From NCBI RefSeq assembly GCF_009914755.1, contig NC_060928.1: 64,000 nucleotides of DNA. One strand, given 5' to 3'. A program made the position numbers and the translations under genes. Below the pieces are notes generated by a model that saw only the letters and a program-made list of their open reading frames with translations, ran no database searches and was not told where the DNA came from. The stretch is from the human T2T-CHM13v2.0 reference genome, Homo sapiens. Positions 1-13,589 of this stretch are shown here, one piece after another (positions within the stretch are counted from its first letter, which is position 1; every line of letters starts with the position of its first letter).

Positions 1-1129
1 AAATGACAGGGACATTAAAAGGTAAGTTAAGTTGGATTATTTATCTTAGAGGTATTGGAAGGTAATCTTTTAAGACTATGAAATACTCAGCAATATCTTA
101 TCATTTTACTATGAACTGTTGCAAATACATTTTGTCTTCGTTATGGAGATAGACTTGCATGAGAAAAAAGAAGCTATGGAAAAAAAGAATGTTAAGTTTT
201 CAAAGTAAAATGTCAACATTTTATTCAATCTTTTCATTATGAATATTGCACTTGTTTCCCAACGGTCACTCATTACTTTTCCATTCATGTAACTAATCAG
301 TCAGTGTGAGAAATTGAAGAGATACATTTAAACTTTTCTTCACATGTGAAGAGAGCTGACAGTAGCAGTAATATTAAATAAAATCATGGGATTTAGAATA
401 AATGTTTCATTGCTTTAAAGATGGCAGAGAGGTCCTGATTGTGCTCTGCCAAGTGAAAAATACAAGTAAAATTTCTACTCTTGAGAGCAGATTTATCTTG
501 TGCAAGGCCTATACAAATCTGGAGGAATTTTATTTTTGCCTATTTCTGATAAGCTCAGTGCTGCAGTTTTGAAATTTGGTGACTGAGTTTTATTAGTGAA
601 GATGTGTTGCACTGGCATCCTGTGAGAATTTTCTGTATACATACATATGCAGCACAGCATGATAAGGTTTATCCTGTACACAGGGGATGGCTCTTTTAGA
701 TTGGGACACTGGGTGTATCCTCCCGATGACTACAATCTTACTCTGGTAGTCAGCATTTAATACCAGGTGGTTTCCTAAGACACCTTTGGAAGAATCGCTA
801 ACTCTTTGCAAAATGGGGAGTGAGAATTGTTGAGTTGAGATTGTTTTCTCCAGGAATCTAAACTCCCATCTACCATGCCTAGCCCCTTAGGCAGGATAAA
901 GCTTGTATTATAAAATGATTTTTTGTAAACTATGAGTTGGACACTGTACCATCCCAAGGTAGCATTTGGGGATTCCTTTCCCTATAGCCTTCTCAAGGGG
1001 TGGCTGTTTTCCCACTCACAATCCTCCCCGAACTGTTCCTAAAGGTAGGACAGGTACCATACTGCTTTTCCTTGCCACTTCCAGGCCACTCTTTCCCTCC
1101 TCTCCCAAACTCCCAGCACTGAGTATCTT

Positions 1130-2405
1130 GTCATTAGATTTTGCAATCTACTGTCCTAATTATGACTGCCATCTACTGATCCCAGGTTATTTTGCATTAT
1201 TTTATACACTTTTAATTTCTGGATCATTGTCATTCTTTCCAGTACAACTTCAGGCTTAATTCTGGGTGACTTTGAAATACATGTAGAAGATTTTTCCAAC
1301 CACCTTGCTGGTCAGTCTTTTCAATGCCTCTTCTCCAACTGTCCTTGTCTTGTCTTCTTCAGTCATGCATTCCTATGATCATATAGTAGACCTATGTCAT
1401 TACTAATAACTGCAATCTGTTCACGGTCTAAATTTTATCCCTCCTCCTAAGTTTTCAATTTATTCCCTCTGTTATTCTGATCCTGATAATATTTTTACTC
1501 CAGTAAGACCTCTAATTCATTGGTTCTACAAGTTTTCTATTGTTCTTCAGCCCCTTCATGTTCTCTCTTCTTACTGAGCATACATCCCATGGGTAATAAA
1601 TCTAACCACTCCCTTGCATTCTCCCGCAAGCCCATCGTCTTGTCTTACTCAACTGGCAAAACCACAGTCCTTGGCTACTCTGTGGCATCACTCATGTTGC
1701 TGATGGTGGCTGAAGAAAAACATGCAGATAAGTTGGGTATTCCCACTGTGAGACCCAAATGAGCTATGAATGCTGCCTGGCAGTCATAAGCCATTTCCCT
1801 AGGTTGTTGTTTTCTTTCCTAGATTGATATTTTCTACCTTCTGCCCTGACTTCAGACTCGAGTTCTCCTTCCTTTTATTTTCTCTCAACTGATTACTTTC
1901 TTCACATTTTCACTGAGAAAATTAAAGCAATGAGAAAAGAACTTACACAGATTGCCACCATCACACCTATTACTTCATAGCACCTGCAACCAGACGATCT
2001 GCTTCCATGCCTGGGATTGAAATGAATGGTTCCTATTGCCATCTAACACGGACTTTTCCAACTGTGGCAGTTTTTCTTTCTCTCTTTACTCACTTCTGTT
2101 GTTGTGCAAATATCGCCTTTGAAATAATACCTACAGAAATGGTGCTCTTTAAAACTCCAAATTGCCTCCCCATGCTGGCAACTGATCTTATTGGCTCTAT
2201 TTTCATAGTATTTGTCACCTTCTAACACACTATGTAACTCACTCATTTATTATAATTATTTTTATAAAATATGTTCTCTTGCTAGAAAGCAAGCTCTCTT
2301 GAAGGCAGGGTATTTTATGTTTTATTCATTATTACATCTCAAATGTCTAGAACTGTGCCTGCAGGAGGTAGGCAGTAAATACTTTCCACTGAGTCAATAA
2401 AGTAT
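1130..2405 (+). mobile_element. L2 LINE, degraded fragments including the 3' end
   Basis: Pyrimidine-rich L2-like body (ctgggtgactttgaaatacatg...gacctatgtcattac) and L2a-type 3' end (aagctctcttgaaggcaggg...tctagaactgtgcctg...gtaggcagtaaatac). Boundaries approximate. Confidence 0.6.
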
Positions 2406-2544
2406 GGTTCAAAATGATGTGAGCCATTCAAGATGGGAATCATTGTAATATAAGAACATATTGGTCATGTTGCTGATTTTTAAAAAAATCCTTCCTATCT
2501 TGCAGTTTTTCACCTAGTTTGGAAAATTTTTTAAAGTTAGATTT

Positions 2545-2702
2545 TTATCTTTTGGGGGGTTATAAACAGGGTCTTGCTATATTTCTGGCTGTATATATTC
2601 TATGTAGTAGGCCTGCCTTGAACTCCTGGCCTCAGGTGATACTCCTGCCGTTGCCTCCCAAAGTGCTGAGATTACAAGTGTAAGCCAAGACTATTTCCAG
2701 CC
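2545..2702 (-). mobile_element. FLAM / Alu left monomer
   Basis: cagggtcttgctat...ttgaactcctggcctcaggtgat...cctcccaaagtgctgagattacaagtgtaagcc; degenerate flanking duplication aaagttagattt/aaaattggattt. Confidence 0.75.
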
Positions 2703-3256
2703 AAAATTGGATTTCTTATGCATCCACTTTATATATAAAACACATAATCTACACTTATAAAAATTATTTGGTCAGAGACCTCTCCTATGACACACTTAAA
2801 GCATCCTTCAACAACCACCTAAGAGCAAACCACTTAAGAGCACCTGCATCCTTTGCTCCTGTACTTGACTCCCTCCATATTTTCTTTTCTTTTAGAATGT
2901 ACTGTGTTTTAGAATAGTCTCACTATGTACTGGTCAGCATTTTATCCTTATCTATGTTATTCCAGGTTATTTGATGCAGAAATTGATGAGATATTCTAGG
3001 CTGACATGAGATTGTGTTTTATATACACCTAGATGATATACTAGACTGCTTACTCCAGTACTCCAGTACTTGGACACTAGAAAAACTGCTAGACTTCCCA
3101 AAGCTGTGATGTCCCCTTCACTCATTCAAAATTTATGATTCAACATCACTGAGGCTAGTGATGCTTTTTTCTTCTTGAACTATGTGACTAAATTTAGGGG
3201 AAATTTTATCCTTCTCACCATTTCCTTGAGTTTATAAAAACCAAAAATATTTTAAA

Positions 3257-5505
3257 AACCACATCATTATCTTGCCTGACACAGAAAAGCCTTTGATAAA
3301 ATTTAACAATGCTTCATGTTAAAAACTCTCAATAAACTAGGTAATGATGGAACATACCTCAATATAATAAGAGCAATTTATGACAAATCCACAGCCAATA
3401 TCATACTGAATGGGCAAAAGCTGGAAGAATTCCCTTTGAAAACCAGCACAAGACAAGGATTCCCTCTGTCACCACTCCTATTCAACACAGTATTGGAAGT
3501 TCTGGCCAGAGCAATCAGGCAAGAAAAAGATATAAAAGGTATTCAAATAGGAAGAGAGGAAGTCAAGTTGTCTCTGTTTGCCAATGACATGATTCTATAT
3601 CTAGAAAACCCCACTACATCAGCCCAACAGCTTCTTAAGCTGATAAGCAACTTCAGCAAAGTCTCAGGATACAAAACCAATGTGAAAAAAATCACAAGCA
3701 TTCCTATTCACCAACAATAGACAAGCAGAGAGCTAAATCATCAATGAACTCCCATTCACAATTGCTACAAAGAAAATAAAATACCTAGGGATACAGCTAA
3801 GAAGAGAAGTGAAGGACCTCTTTAAGGAGAACTACAAACCACATCTCAAGGAAATCAGAGGACACAAACAAATGGAAAAACATTTCATGCTCATGGATAG
3901 GAAGAATCAACATTGTGAAAATGGCCATACTGCCCAAAGTAATTAATGGATTCAATGGTATTCCCATTAAACTATCATTTATATCCTTCACAGAATTAGA
4001 AAAAAAAAACTACTTTAAAATTCATATGGAAGCAAGAAAGAGCCCGTAAAGCCAAGACAATCCTAAGCAAAAAAGAACAAAGCTGGAGGTATCATGCTAC
4101 CTGACTTTAAACTATACTACAAGGCTACAATAGGCAAAATAGCATGGTACTGGTACAAAAACAGACACACAGAGCAATGGAGCAGAACAGAGACCTCAGA
4201 AAAAAGACCACACATCTACAACCATCTGATCTTCAACCAATCTGACAAAAACAATCAATGGGGAAAGGATTATCTATGTAATAAATGGTGCTGGGAGAAC
4301 TGGCTAGCCATATTCAGAAAATTGAAACTAGACCATTTCTTTACACCTTGTACAAAAATTACCTCAAGATGAATTAAAGACTTAAATGTAAAATCCAAAA
4401 CTATAAAAAGCCTAGAAGAAAATCTAGGCAATGCCATTCAGGACATAGGCATGGGGCAAAGATTTCATGACAGAAACATTAAAAACAATTGCAACAAAAG
4501 CAAAAATTGACAAATGGTATCTAATTAAAATAAAGAGCTTCTGCACAGCAAAATAAACTGTCATCAGAGTGAACAAACTACAGAATGTGAGAAAATTTTT
4601 TTTGCAATCTAGACATCTGATAAATGTCTAATATCCACAATCTACAAGGAACTTCAACAAATTTACAAGAAAAAAAAGAACCCCATTAAAAAGTGGGCAA
4701 AGGACATGAACAGACACTTCTGAAAAGAAGACATTTATGTGGCCAACAAACATATGAAAAAAAGCTCAACATCACTAATCATTAGATAAATGCAAATCAA
4801 AACCATAATGAGATACCATCTAATGCCAGTCAGAATGATTATTAAAAAGCTAAGAAACAACAGATGCTGGTGAGGCTGTGGAGAAATAGAATGCTCTTAC
4901 ACTGTTGGTGAGAGTGTAAATTAGTTCAACCATTGTGGAAGATGATGAGGCAATTCCTCAAAGACTTAGAATCAGAAATGACATTTGACCCAGCAATCCC
5001 ATCACTGGGTACATACCCAAAGGAATATAAATCATTCTTTTATAAAGATACCTGCATGTGTATGTTCATTGCAGCATTATTGAGCAAAGACATGGAATTA
5101 ACCCAAATGCCCATCAATGATAGACTGAATAAAGAAAATGTGGTACATACACACCATGGAATACTATGCATCCATAAAGGGGGATGAGATCATGTCCTTT
5201 GCAGGGACATGGATGGAGCTGGAAGCTATTATCCTCAGCAAACTAATGCAGAAACGGAAAACCAAACACTGCATGTTCTCACTTATAAGTGGGAGCTGAA
5301 CAATGAGAACACATGGACACAGGGAGGGGAACAACACACACTGGGGCCTGTCAGAGGGTAGGGTTGGGGGAGCTATCAGGAAGAATAGCTAATGGATGCT
5401 GGGCTTAATACCTAGGTGATGTGTTGGTAGGTACAGCAAAGCGCCATGGCGCATGTTTACCTATGTAACAAAACCATCCTTCATTATCCCAGAACTTAAA
5501 AATAA
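3257..5505 (+). mobile_element. 5'-truncated older primate L1 (roughly L1PA10-16), disrupted ORF2 RT/C-terminus plus 3'UTR
   Basis: ORF fragments 3316-3720 ([21 protein letters not shown]), 4094-4372 and 4933-5187 are L1 ORF2p. The L1PA 3'UTR ends at agaacttaaaaataa. Confidence 0.95.
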
Positions 5506-5569
5506 GTGTCTTAATAAAATAGAATAGGTCTGATAATTAAAAATATTTTTAAGTGTTGCCATCACTATC

Positions 5570-6009
5570 TTTTTAACTTTTAAGATTCAGGAAGTACATT
5601 TGCAGGTTTGTTATATGAATATATAGCATGACACTCAGATTTGGGGTATGATTGATCTCATCACCTAGGAAGTGGTGATAGCACCCAATAGGTAACTTCA
5701 ACACTTGTTCCCCTCCCTTTCTCCTCTTGTATTCTCCAGGGTCTGTTGTTCCATCATTATGTCCATGTGTGCCCAGTGTTTAGCTCTCACTTATAAGTAA
5801 AACATGTGGTACTTGGGTCTCCATTTCTGTTAGTTTGCTTAGGATAATGGCCTCCAACTGATTCCATGTTGCTGCAGATGACATGATTTCATTCTTTTTT
5901 ATAGCTGCATAGCATTATTCCATGGTGTCTACATACCACATTTTTTTTTTAGTCTACCCACCATTGATGGGCATTTGGGTTGATTCCATCTTTTTGTTAT
6001 TGTGAATAG
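5570..6009 (-). mobile_element. L1 3' end (L1PA15/16-like)
   Basis: gtacatttgcaggtttgttatatgaatatatagcatgacactcagatttggggtatgattgatc...cacttataagt...ttccatgttgctgca...ttattgtgaatag is the reverse complement of an L1PA 3'UTR and ORF2 end. Confidence 0.9.
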
Positions 6010-6578
6010 TCCCTTCACATTTTCTTTTAGGAGAAAAGAGTTGATCTTAAAAGGCAGATTTATTCTTTCATAGATAAAAATTGTGTGCTGTTAGCCATAT
6101 TCTTTAGATGAGCAATAACTTGTAGAATATATATTTTAAAATGTGTAGATGTTCTTGTTTTTAAACAAAGATTTGTTGATATACTTTAATTTCAGTCACT
6201 AAGTCCACGTTTTAGTTTAACCATAATTTTAAAAGGGCTATTTTATACTGCCATTTACAACACTTGCATATAACTTCTCTTATTCTTTCCTCATTCTCAG
6301 CTATGTAAAATGTTTTGCAGTTTTAAAAAGAGTGTCTTTAATAATATCCAGTATTACCTAATAAACACTTTATTATAATAATCAGAAAGATCATCTCTTA
6401 AAAAATATTCCTTAAGTCTATCATTTCATTCACTCAAATCAGTTCAAACTGTTGCCCCCCCACCATGGGTACATTTACTACCTAATAGTGTTTTCCAAAG
6501 TACTATTAATATTTTCTGATTATGCAGCAGAAATCTACAATGTCCCTGGAGTCACCAAAACTGCCTTAATTGATGTGT

Positions 6579-6990
6579 GCGCAAGGTAAGCTAAAATCAG
6601 ACACGCATTTATCACAGCTGAAGTATTTTCTTCTATTTTAGGCTGAAGTGTGCGGGAGAGGACAAGTGCCGCTCCAACTCCCTCACATTTGCAGGCAGTC
6701 TGCATGCGTGGGAGTCTCCATCACTCACAAGGTCACGGAATCAGGAGAAAAAGGGACCAGAGCCGTGTGTGCCCGCTCCAGCTTCCCTACCCTCGCTTCT
6801 CGTCAGTGTTCTTTCCTCTCTTCTGGTCACAGAGTGCCACCAACTGTCCCCCTGATGGCTTCCTGGATTTCTGTGAACTGATCTAAGCCTCACTTTCACT
6901 TTGTTCTACGGAGGGCTTTTTCAGTCGATCTCCTCTGATTCTTCCCTGCTCACCTCCTCACCAGAAAAAAACATAAGTGACGGGTGAGAG
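6579..6990. promoter_or_regulatory. CpG-enriched non-repeat patch; candidate promoter, first exon or enhancer
   Basis: About 13 CpGs in about 410 bp against a CpG-depleted background, with higher GC. Minus-strand donor-like sites at 6954 (GAG|GTGAGC) and 6729 (CTT|GTGAGT); plus-strand acceptor-like ttttcttctattttag at 6641. Confidence 0.35.
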
Positions 6991-8059
6991 AATGGTAATA
7001 AAATATTCTTTTCTGTCTTTTTCAAAGGCAAGGTAGTAGATTCACAAGGTCAGAGTTCTGCATTTTTTTCCTAAAGGACTTCGATTAAGTTCCTTGAGGT
7101 ATCTGCAGTGAAATAAGTATCAACTGAAAGCTTTATGGTTTTTGAAACTTTACATTACTTTTTCTCCTACAGCAGCTTCATTAAGCCCGCTTGCTATTTA
7201 CCTCTGACTTGCCACCCTGTAGGGCTGTGGAAAGGAATTAAATTAGACCTAATTAGATACTGGAAGCTGCTTCATATTCCATTAATAAAAGGCTTCCTAC
7301 TTGGAGAAAATGGGATTTAAAATGTGTGAAATAAGCATATTATAGAGCTGTTCACTCACTGGCTCAATGCCACATCAGCTTTTTAGTGCTACTGTTTCTA
7401 GATAGGAAATAGGGAACTGCACAAAAGTACAGGCAACTGCCTATATTGGTATAGTATGAAACATGTTCCAAACTTCTTTGTCTATAAATCTCTTTCCCAA
7501 GGACTCTAAAATTCTCTCCTTTCTTGATTTGCATGATTGAGACAGTGAAGTCAACTCTTAGACAATGATATTTGGGCACATTTAAAATACATAGGATCAG
7601 TCATTTAGCTTAAATGTGCTGATGAGAATAACCGGCCTCGAGGGAAAAAGACAAAATACTATAAATTTTATGAGATTAGACCAAGCATGGAATCAGAAAG
7701 TGTTAGTTTTGAAGAGACTCTGGAAAAGGGTAGCCTGGTAACAAAGAAGCTGACGACCTTGAATGTTTTTGAGAAGAGAATATTCAACATGAGTTGGAGA
7801 GGAAGCAGCTGCTACCGCTACATATTCCACTGGGCAGTTATTCAATCTAGTCATTTTCATGTGCATTTAAAAAGTATCTTTATGGTCAATTTTGTCTGAG
7901 TTTTTTTTGTTACCAATAATGGGGGTGAATTTGACACTGCTTCCAAAATTTGGTAAGTTACCAGGAGAGGAAACTGGAAGTTGTTTGAGGTCAGAAAAAG
8001 ATCAAGAAGGAAGAATAGAAACATTGATTAGCATCAGGCATTCAATGAAGGCTTGTTGA

Positions 8060-8221
8060 GGAAAAGACAGATGAAAGGCAGAAAAAGGAATGAAGGGAAG
8101 AAGGAAGGAAGAGAGGAAGGAAGGAAGGAAAGGAAGAAAAAAAGAAGGAAAGAAAGAAGAGAGAGAAGAGAAAAGAGGAGAAGAAAAGAGAAGAGAGAAG
8201 AAAGAAGAGAGAAGAGAAGGG
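8060..8221. repeat. GA-rich low-complexity tract, (GGAA)n/(GAAGA)n
   Basis: Near-pure purine run aaggaaggaagagaggaaggaaggaagg...gaagagaagg; source of spurious ORFs 8002-8238 and 8053-8313. Confidence 0.95.
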
Positions 8222-10526
8222 AAATAATTCAAACTCAAAGGGCAGTGTTAGTGGCCACAGCAGAAATGGAAATGAAGGTGAATTCAGCGAGAGTTAGAGG
8301 CCAGATCCTGTAAACCTAGTATAAAAAAGGCAAAGTAAGCCTTTTCTTTCCCAAATACAATCTGGCAGTAAACCGTCCAAAGTGAGGCTCAGCTGGTGGA
8401 GGCTGAGGGGCTGTGTGGGGGACCTGGAACTATGACTTACTGCGTTCTCCTTGACAGCTCCCTGAAGCAGAACTCCGAAATCCCAGAGCTCTGTGAGACT
8501 CCATTAAAACTCACTGAATAAGTTTTTTTTCCCTAAGATTATTTGAGACCAGTCTTGCTTTCCTTTAGGATTCAGTAAACACTTGTTTCTATGGCAAAGA
8601 GTGCTGTGTCTCAAGTTCATAAACATATTTCTATCACTATTTTAAAGGGTTAGATTCCTAAAAGAGGGATTGTGACGGCATATAATTAACATTAGTTTAT
8701 CCATAACTGTTAGCTTATATTTAGACAACTAAAATCCCAAAGCCTTTTTATATACTGTACTGCCAAATCAGCTCTCCCTCAGTTGGTGTTTGCATAATGA
8801 ATACTTTGATCATAAATGGAAGTTTTGCTACTAATGGAGCAACTGGACAATGTGGCTTGAGTATTTGAAAACAATAACCCTTCTAATAGTTTCCTCCAAA
8901 ATCAGGCATAGTGTTACCCCAAATCAGGTAATGTGGAAAACTACATGACTTTCTGGTTAGGGTGGCCCCACATCACTCCCTGCAGAGAGCAGAGGTGTAT
9001 ACATGTTCTCTGCAGGCACAGAAATCCTGAATGAAGAGCAACAAGATAAGAAGGGTCAGGGCTATAGATGCCTCATTCTTCCGTCAATTCCACCTGTCAG
9101 GTAAATCACTTCCTTTCCTTTCAGAACTGACTTAAGTGGAAAAGAGAGGCTGGAGTAGAATTCTGATGGGGTCTTTCCACATAGAGACATAATGCCATGA
9201 TAAAGGAAGTTCTCCCTGCTAGATTGATCTTGAATAGGAGCTCAGACATGAGGCTGGTGGTAGGGAGTGGAAGTGGAGTCAGCCCAGAGAAGGAGGCATT
9301 TTGTTACCTAAGGGGAGGAGAGACAGCACACTGACAAATATGAGGGTCTTTATTTAGGATTGTGTCACTCACGTACATCTCCAGAATAATATTCTACTAG
9401 CTGTAGTCTTACGTTAGGTCCCCATAGTTGCCCAACTGTGTCCTTATCTGGGCCTGGCTTTCTAGGTATTGCCAGTCCTGTAGTTATCCAATCTTGAGCA
9501 TAATGGATCTATTTATTTTGAAATACCCCCAAGGTTACGTACAATAACGTATTCCTGAGTGCTTCTAGGGATGCAGACTTCACAAATCTTTATTTTTGGA
9601 AGTTATCATACATGTTTTTTCCCTTGAAATTTTGACATTTCTGTTTTCCACTGTTGTTTCAGAGGCTGCTAAAGTATCACTTTCTTACTCCATACCCTAA
9701 ATGAAGTTGATATAGAATGGAACACTTAAATGCTTTTAAGGCTTAACTTCCATAACATTAATTGACTTTAATCTATATGGGCAATATTTACCTGTAATTA
9801 CTTTAAATCAAAATAATGTGAGCACTTGACAAAATATCCACTACTATATCATGAATGGCTTTTGATAAAAGGACCACTCTCCTGCTTTATACCTCCTAAT
9901 CTTCCCACTCCCCAGAAGCAACAACTTTTTATCATTTATGTTTTCAGCTTCTTTGTGGCTGCCTCCATAACTCTAGATAATGTTTACACCACTGTTTCTG
10001 AACTTAATCTCTTTAAACAGAATCCCATGCCTTAATGCCTTCCTACCTTGAAAGATGAAAATTTAGCTCATCTCTTCTTGGCCCACATTCTTCTCCATGT
10101 TCTTGCTACTTTTACTGTTGCTTTCGTTTCTAGTTTACTTATGTAACTGTAACTAGCTGTATTTCTTGTTCCCATCATTTTAATCAACAAGTGATGCCAT
10201 TTTATAGGAGATGATGACTTCCTTCCCTATTGCCTATTTCCTATTACTTTTTACATTGTTAGGGATGTTAACACTTTCTATAAATCTGTAATTCTTTGTA
10301 TTATGAGTTGACTATGAATGTTAAAAATCAATAGCTTTTATGTGATTTTTGCCTACACAAGATAATATCGTTCATATTTTCAATATCTTTGGCTTTTGTT
10401 TTATAATCATAGGTTTTTGTAAAGTTTTTCTTCTAGTTCATTTCATAAGCATATTTTTAACCTTTTAGTGTTTGTTCCCTGTTCTCTGCCTATTCCTTTT
10501 GATAGCATTTGATTCTTATTTTATGA

Positions 10527-10875
<349 letters not shown>

Positions 10876-12609
10876 CACTGATTAGATTTTTAAGCTTTTT
10901 CTTGAATTATCTCTACTTTCTCAGAAATTTTTAAAAAATGATTACTTATCTAGTTATTTCTTCTTCATGGTTTTTGTTCCATTTGTGTTCATCCTTGGTT
11001 ATTCACACATTTTGAAGAATGAAGGCTTGTGTAAACCACATACATTTGTTTACGTATCTCCTTGAGTATAATCCTTTATTAGCTAGGTCAGTTGGCTGTA
11101 AGAATTAATAGGTTGCTGGCTTCTAAAATGTAAGGATCAGTAGGATTTTGTCCCATTATTCCACCCGCCTCACAAGAAATCTTAGATCTTCTCAGCTTAT
11201 TTGTTCCGTTCCTTAGAGATGAGTCCTCCATGTCTTGCCTGTAGTTAAACCTCGCTGCTTGCATTTGAATTGGGAATAAGAAAGAGCAATGAAGTGTTCA
11301 CATACAAATCTTCTATTACGTCTCCTGTTTTAAGCTTTCCCTTTCCCTCCCAGCCTCCAGCATGCTCACTGAGTCTCAGCCCAGAGCTTCTCTGTAATCA
11401 AGGGGTGGGCTGCTCCTGCCTGGTCTGCTGCTCTCTCAACCTATGTGCTGTTCTGTGACTTCCTCAGGCCTGTTTCTTTTGGTCAGAGTTATCCCACCAC
11501 ATTCCTAGCTCTCAGCAATTTGTGAAACAGGCTTAACACTGATGGTGGGGACTTTGCCTCTCTCCTCTCTTTCATTCTTATTCCAAATTTATATTTTTTC
11601 CATCATCTCAATCACATTTGGGAAGGGGAAGAAGGGGGAAAATATGTGCTCATTCTGCCCTCTTGAAATGACTGTTAATTTGTTCTAAATGTTATAGGAA
11701 GCTTGGAAGCACAATCATTTTAAATGTGTGTGTGTGTGTTTAAATTCTCATTTTATTGTGGGTAAGTCTAGACATGTCTATTTCTGATATGGACAGTGGG
11801 AATTATTATTTATAGCTTGTTTTACTGACAACGTGTGCATTTGGAAGGTGGGAGGCAGGAGAAGTGTTTTTATCACAAATTACACTGTGGTTAAGCTTCT
11901 CTTATGGGGAGAACTTGCTTAAACCTCTTGGTTTACCAACTTGTCTGTACATCTCGTTCTCTAACCAGAGATGTTAGAAATATTATTTTCCCAGAGGTTA
12001 GTCATACCAGCCAAATTGAATCCTGGTTTAAATTAAACACAAGAAAGATCACCATTTTTATATTAAACCCAATAAAGATCACCATTTAAAAAAAACCTGG
12101 AACCAGTAACAAATTGCTCTCAGTTGTAGCAAGCTGTTAATGTGAGTCTGAGGGGTGCAAGGTGCATACCTATATCCATATGGGTATATTTCATATATAT
12201 TCATATTTCAGCCTGCCTGAAAGGGTACAGCTGATCTTCAAACATGAGAAGGTCCTAGTAGTGTTCATATTCCTGGTTCTAGTGGTTCTAGTTGTCTGTG
12301 AGGTTGATCTTCACCCACAGTATTCTTTCTATACTTTAGCTTCCTAGCCAAGAACATCTCCTCACTAAAGTAGTGATATGTTTCTGTCACATGTATCCAA
12401 AAGTTTTCTAATTTTAACTCACAGCCCCAACCACCATCTCAGTCTCTCAGAAACATGCAAACTGACTCAGATTATTTATTTATAAAGAATTTCAACTCTG
12501 CCTTACGTATCCACTCATTTAAGTCCTGGGTATAGAGGAAATTTCACGAAATCACTGAGTGGTCGTAGTCTTATGAGTTACATACAGGCATGGGAATATA
12601 TGGCTCTTC

Positions 12610-12916
12610 TTTATTTTATTTTATTTTGTTTTTTGGAGACAGAGTCTCACTCTGTCATCCAGGCTGAAGTGCAGTGGGGCTATCTTGGCTCACTACAATC
12701 TCCACCTCCCAGGTTCAAGCGATTCTACTGCCTCAGTCCCCTGAGTAGCTGAGATTACAGCCATGTGCCACCATGCCTGGCTAATTTTTATATTTTTAGT
12801 AGAGACAGGGTTTTGCCATATTGGCCAGGCTAGTCTCAAACACCTGGCTTCAGGTGATCCGCCTGCCTTGGCCTCCCAAAGTGCTGGGATTACAGGCATG
12901 AGTCACTGCTCCCAGC
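12610..12916 (-). mobile_element. AluS (Sx/Sz-like) SINE
   Basis: Poly-T tail then gagacagagtctcactctgtc...cctcccaaagtgctgggattacaggcatgagtcactgctcccagc. Confidence 0.95.
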
Positions 12917-13003
12917 TGTTTCTTCTCCTAAATTTTCTTTTTATTAAGGTGATAACAATTTTCAAGTTATTCAGAATAGTTGGGATGTAGTTACTAAAGA
13001 TGG

Positions 13004-13374
13004 TATATTGGTCTGTTCTCACGCTGCTAATAATGACATACCTGAGACTGGGTAATTTATAAAGAGAAAGAGGTTTAATGGACTCACAGTTCCACATGGC
13101 TGAGGAGGCCTCACAATCATGGCGGAAGACAAATGAGGAGCAAAGAGACTTCTCACACGGCAGCAAGGAAAAGAGAGAAGACTTATGCAGGGGAACTCCT
13201 CTTTATAAACCTATCAGATCTCATGAGACTTATTCACTATCACGAGAACAGCACCAGAAAGACCTGCCCCCTTGAACCAATTACCTCCCACCAGGTTTCT
13301 CCCACAACAGGTGAGAATTGTGGGAGCTACAATTGAAGGTGAGATTTGGGTAAGGATACAGCCGAATCATATCA
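13004..13374 (-). mobile_element. THE1 (MaLR) solo LTR with 5-bp TSD
   Basis: tatattggtctgttctcacgctgctaataa...gactcacagttccacatggctgaggaggcctcacaatcatggcggaag...gagatttggg...catatca; TSD GATGG at 12999-13003 and 13375-13379. Confidence 0.92.
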
Positions 13375-13589
13375 GATGGTAATTAGATAATAATTACAAA
13401 AAAAACCCCTATTCTTGCACATAGTTAATAGACTAGTATTTTCTGTGATTTTTCTGGACTTTTAATGGAGAAGGTAGTTGCAATTGTTTGCACTTTTCTT
13501 CAAAACTGAGCTACTCTGTTACATCTCGTCTAAAATAATGGAATCAATTATCTGGGTTGTTGAGCAGGTGTTTAGCCTGTATTCTCTAA

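Noticed and set aside
6586-6641. Apparent plus-strand intron (AAG|GTAAGC ... ttctattttag|G)
   Set aside because: Only 56 nt, below the usual minimum for mammalian introns; the sites might be used separately but not as a pair.
8002-8313. ORFs of 78 and 86 aa rich in S/F/L or R/K/E
   Set aside because: Translations of the GA-rich low-complexity tract.
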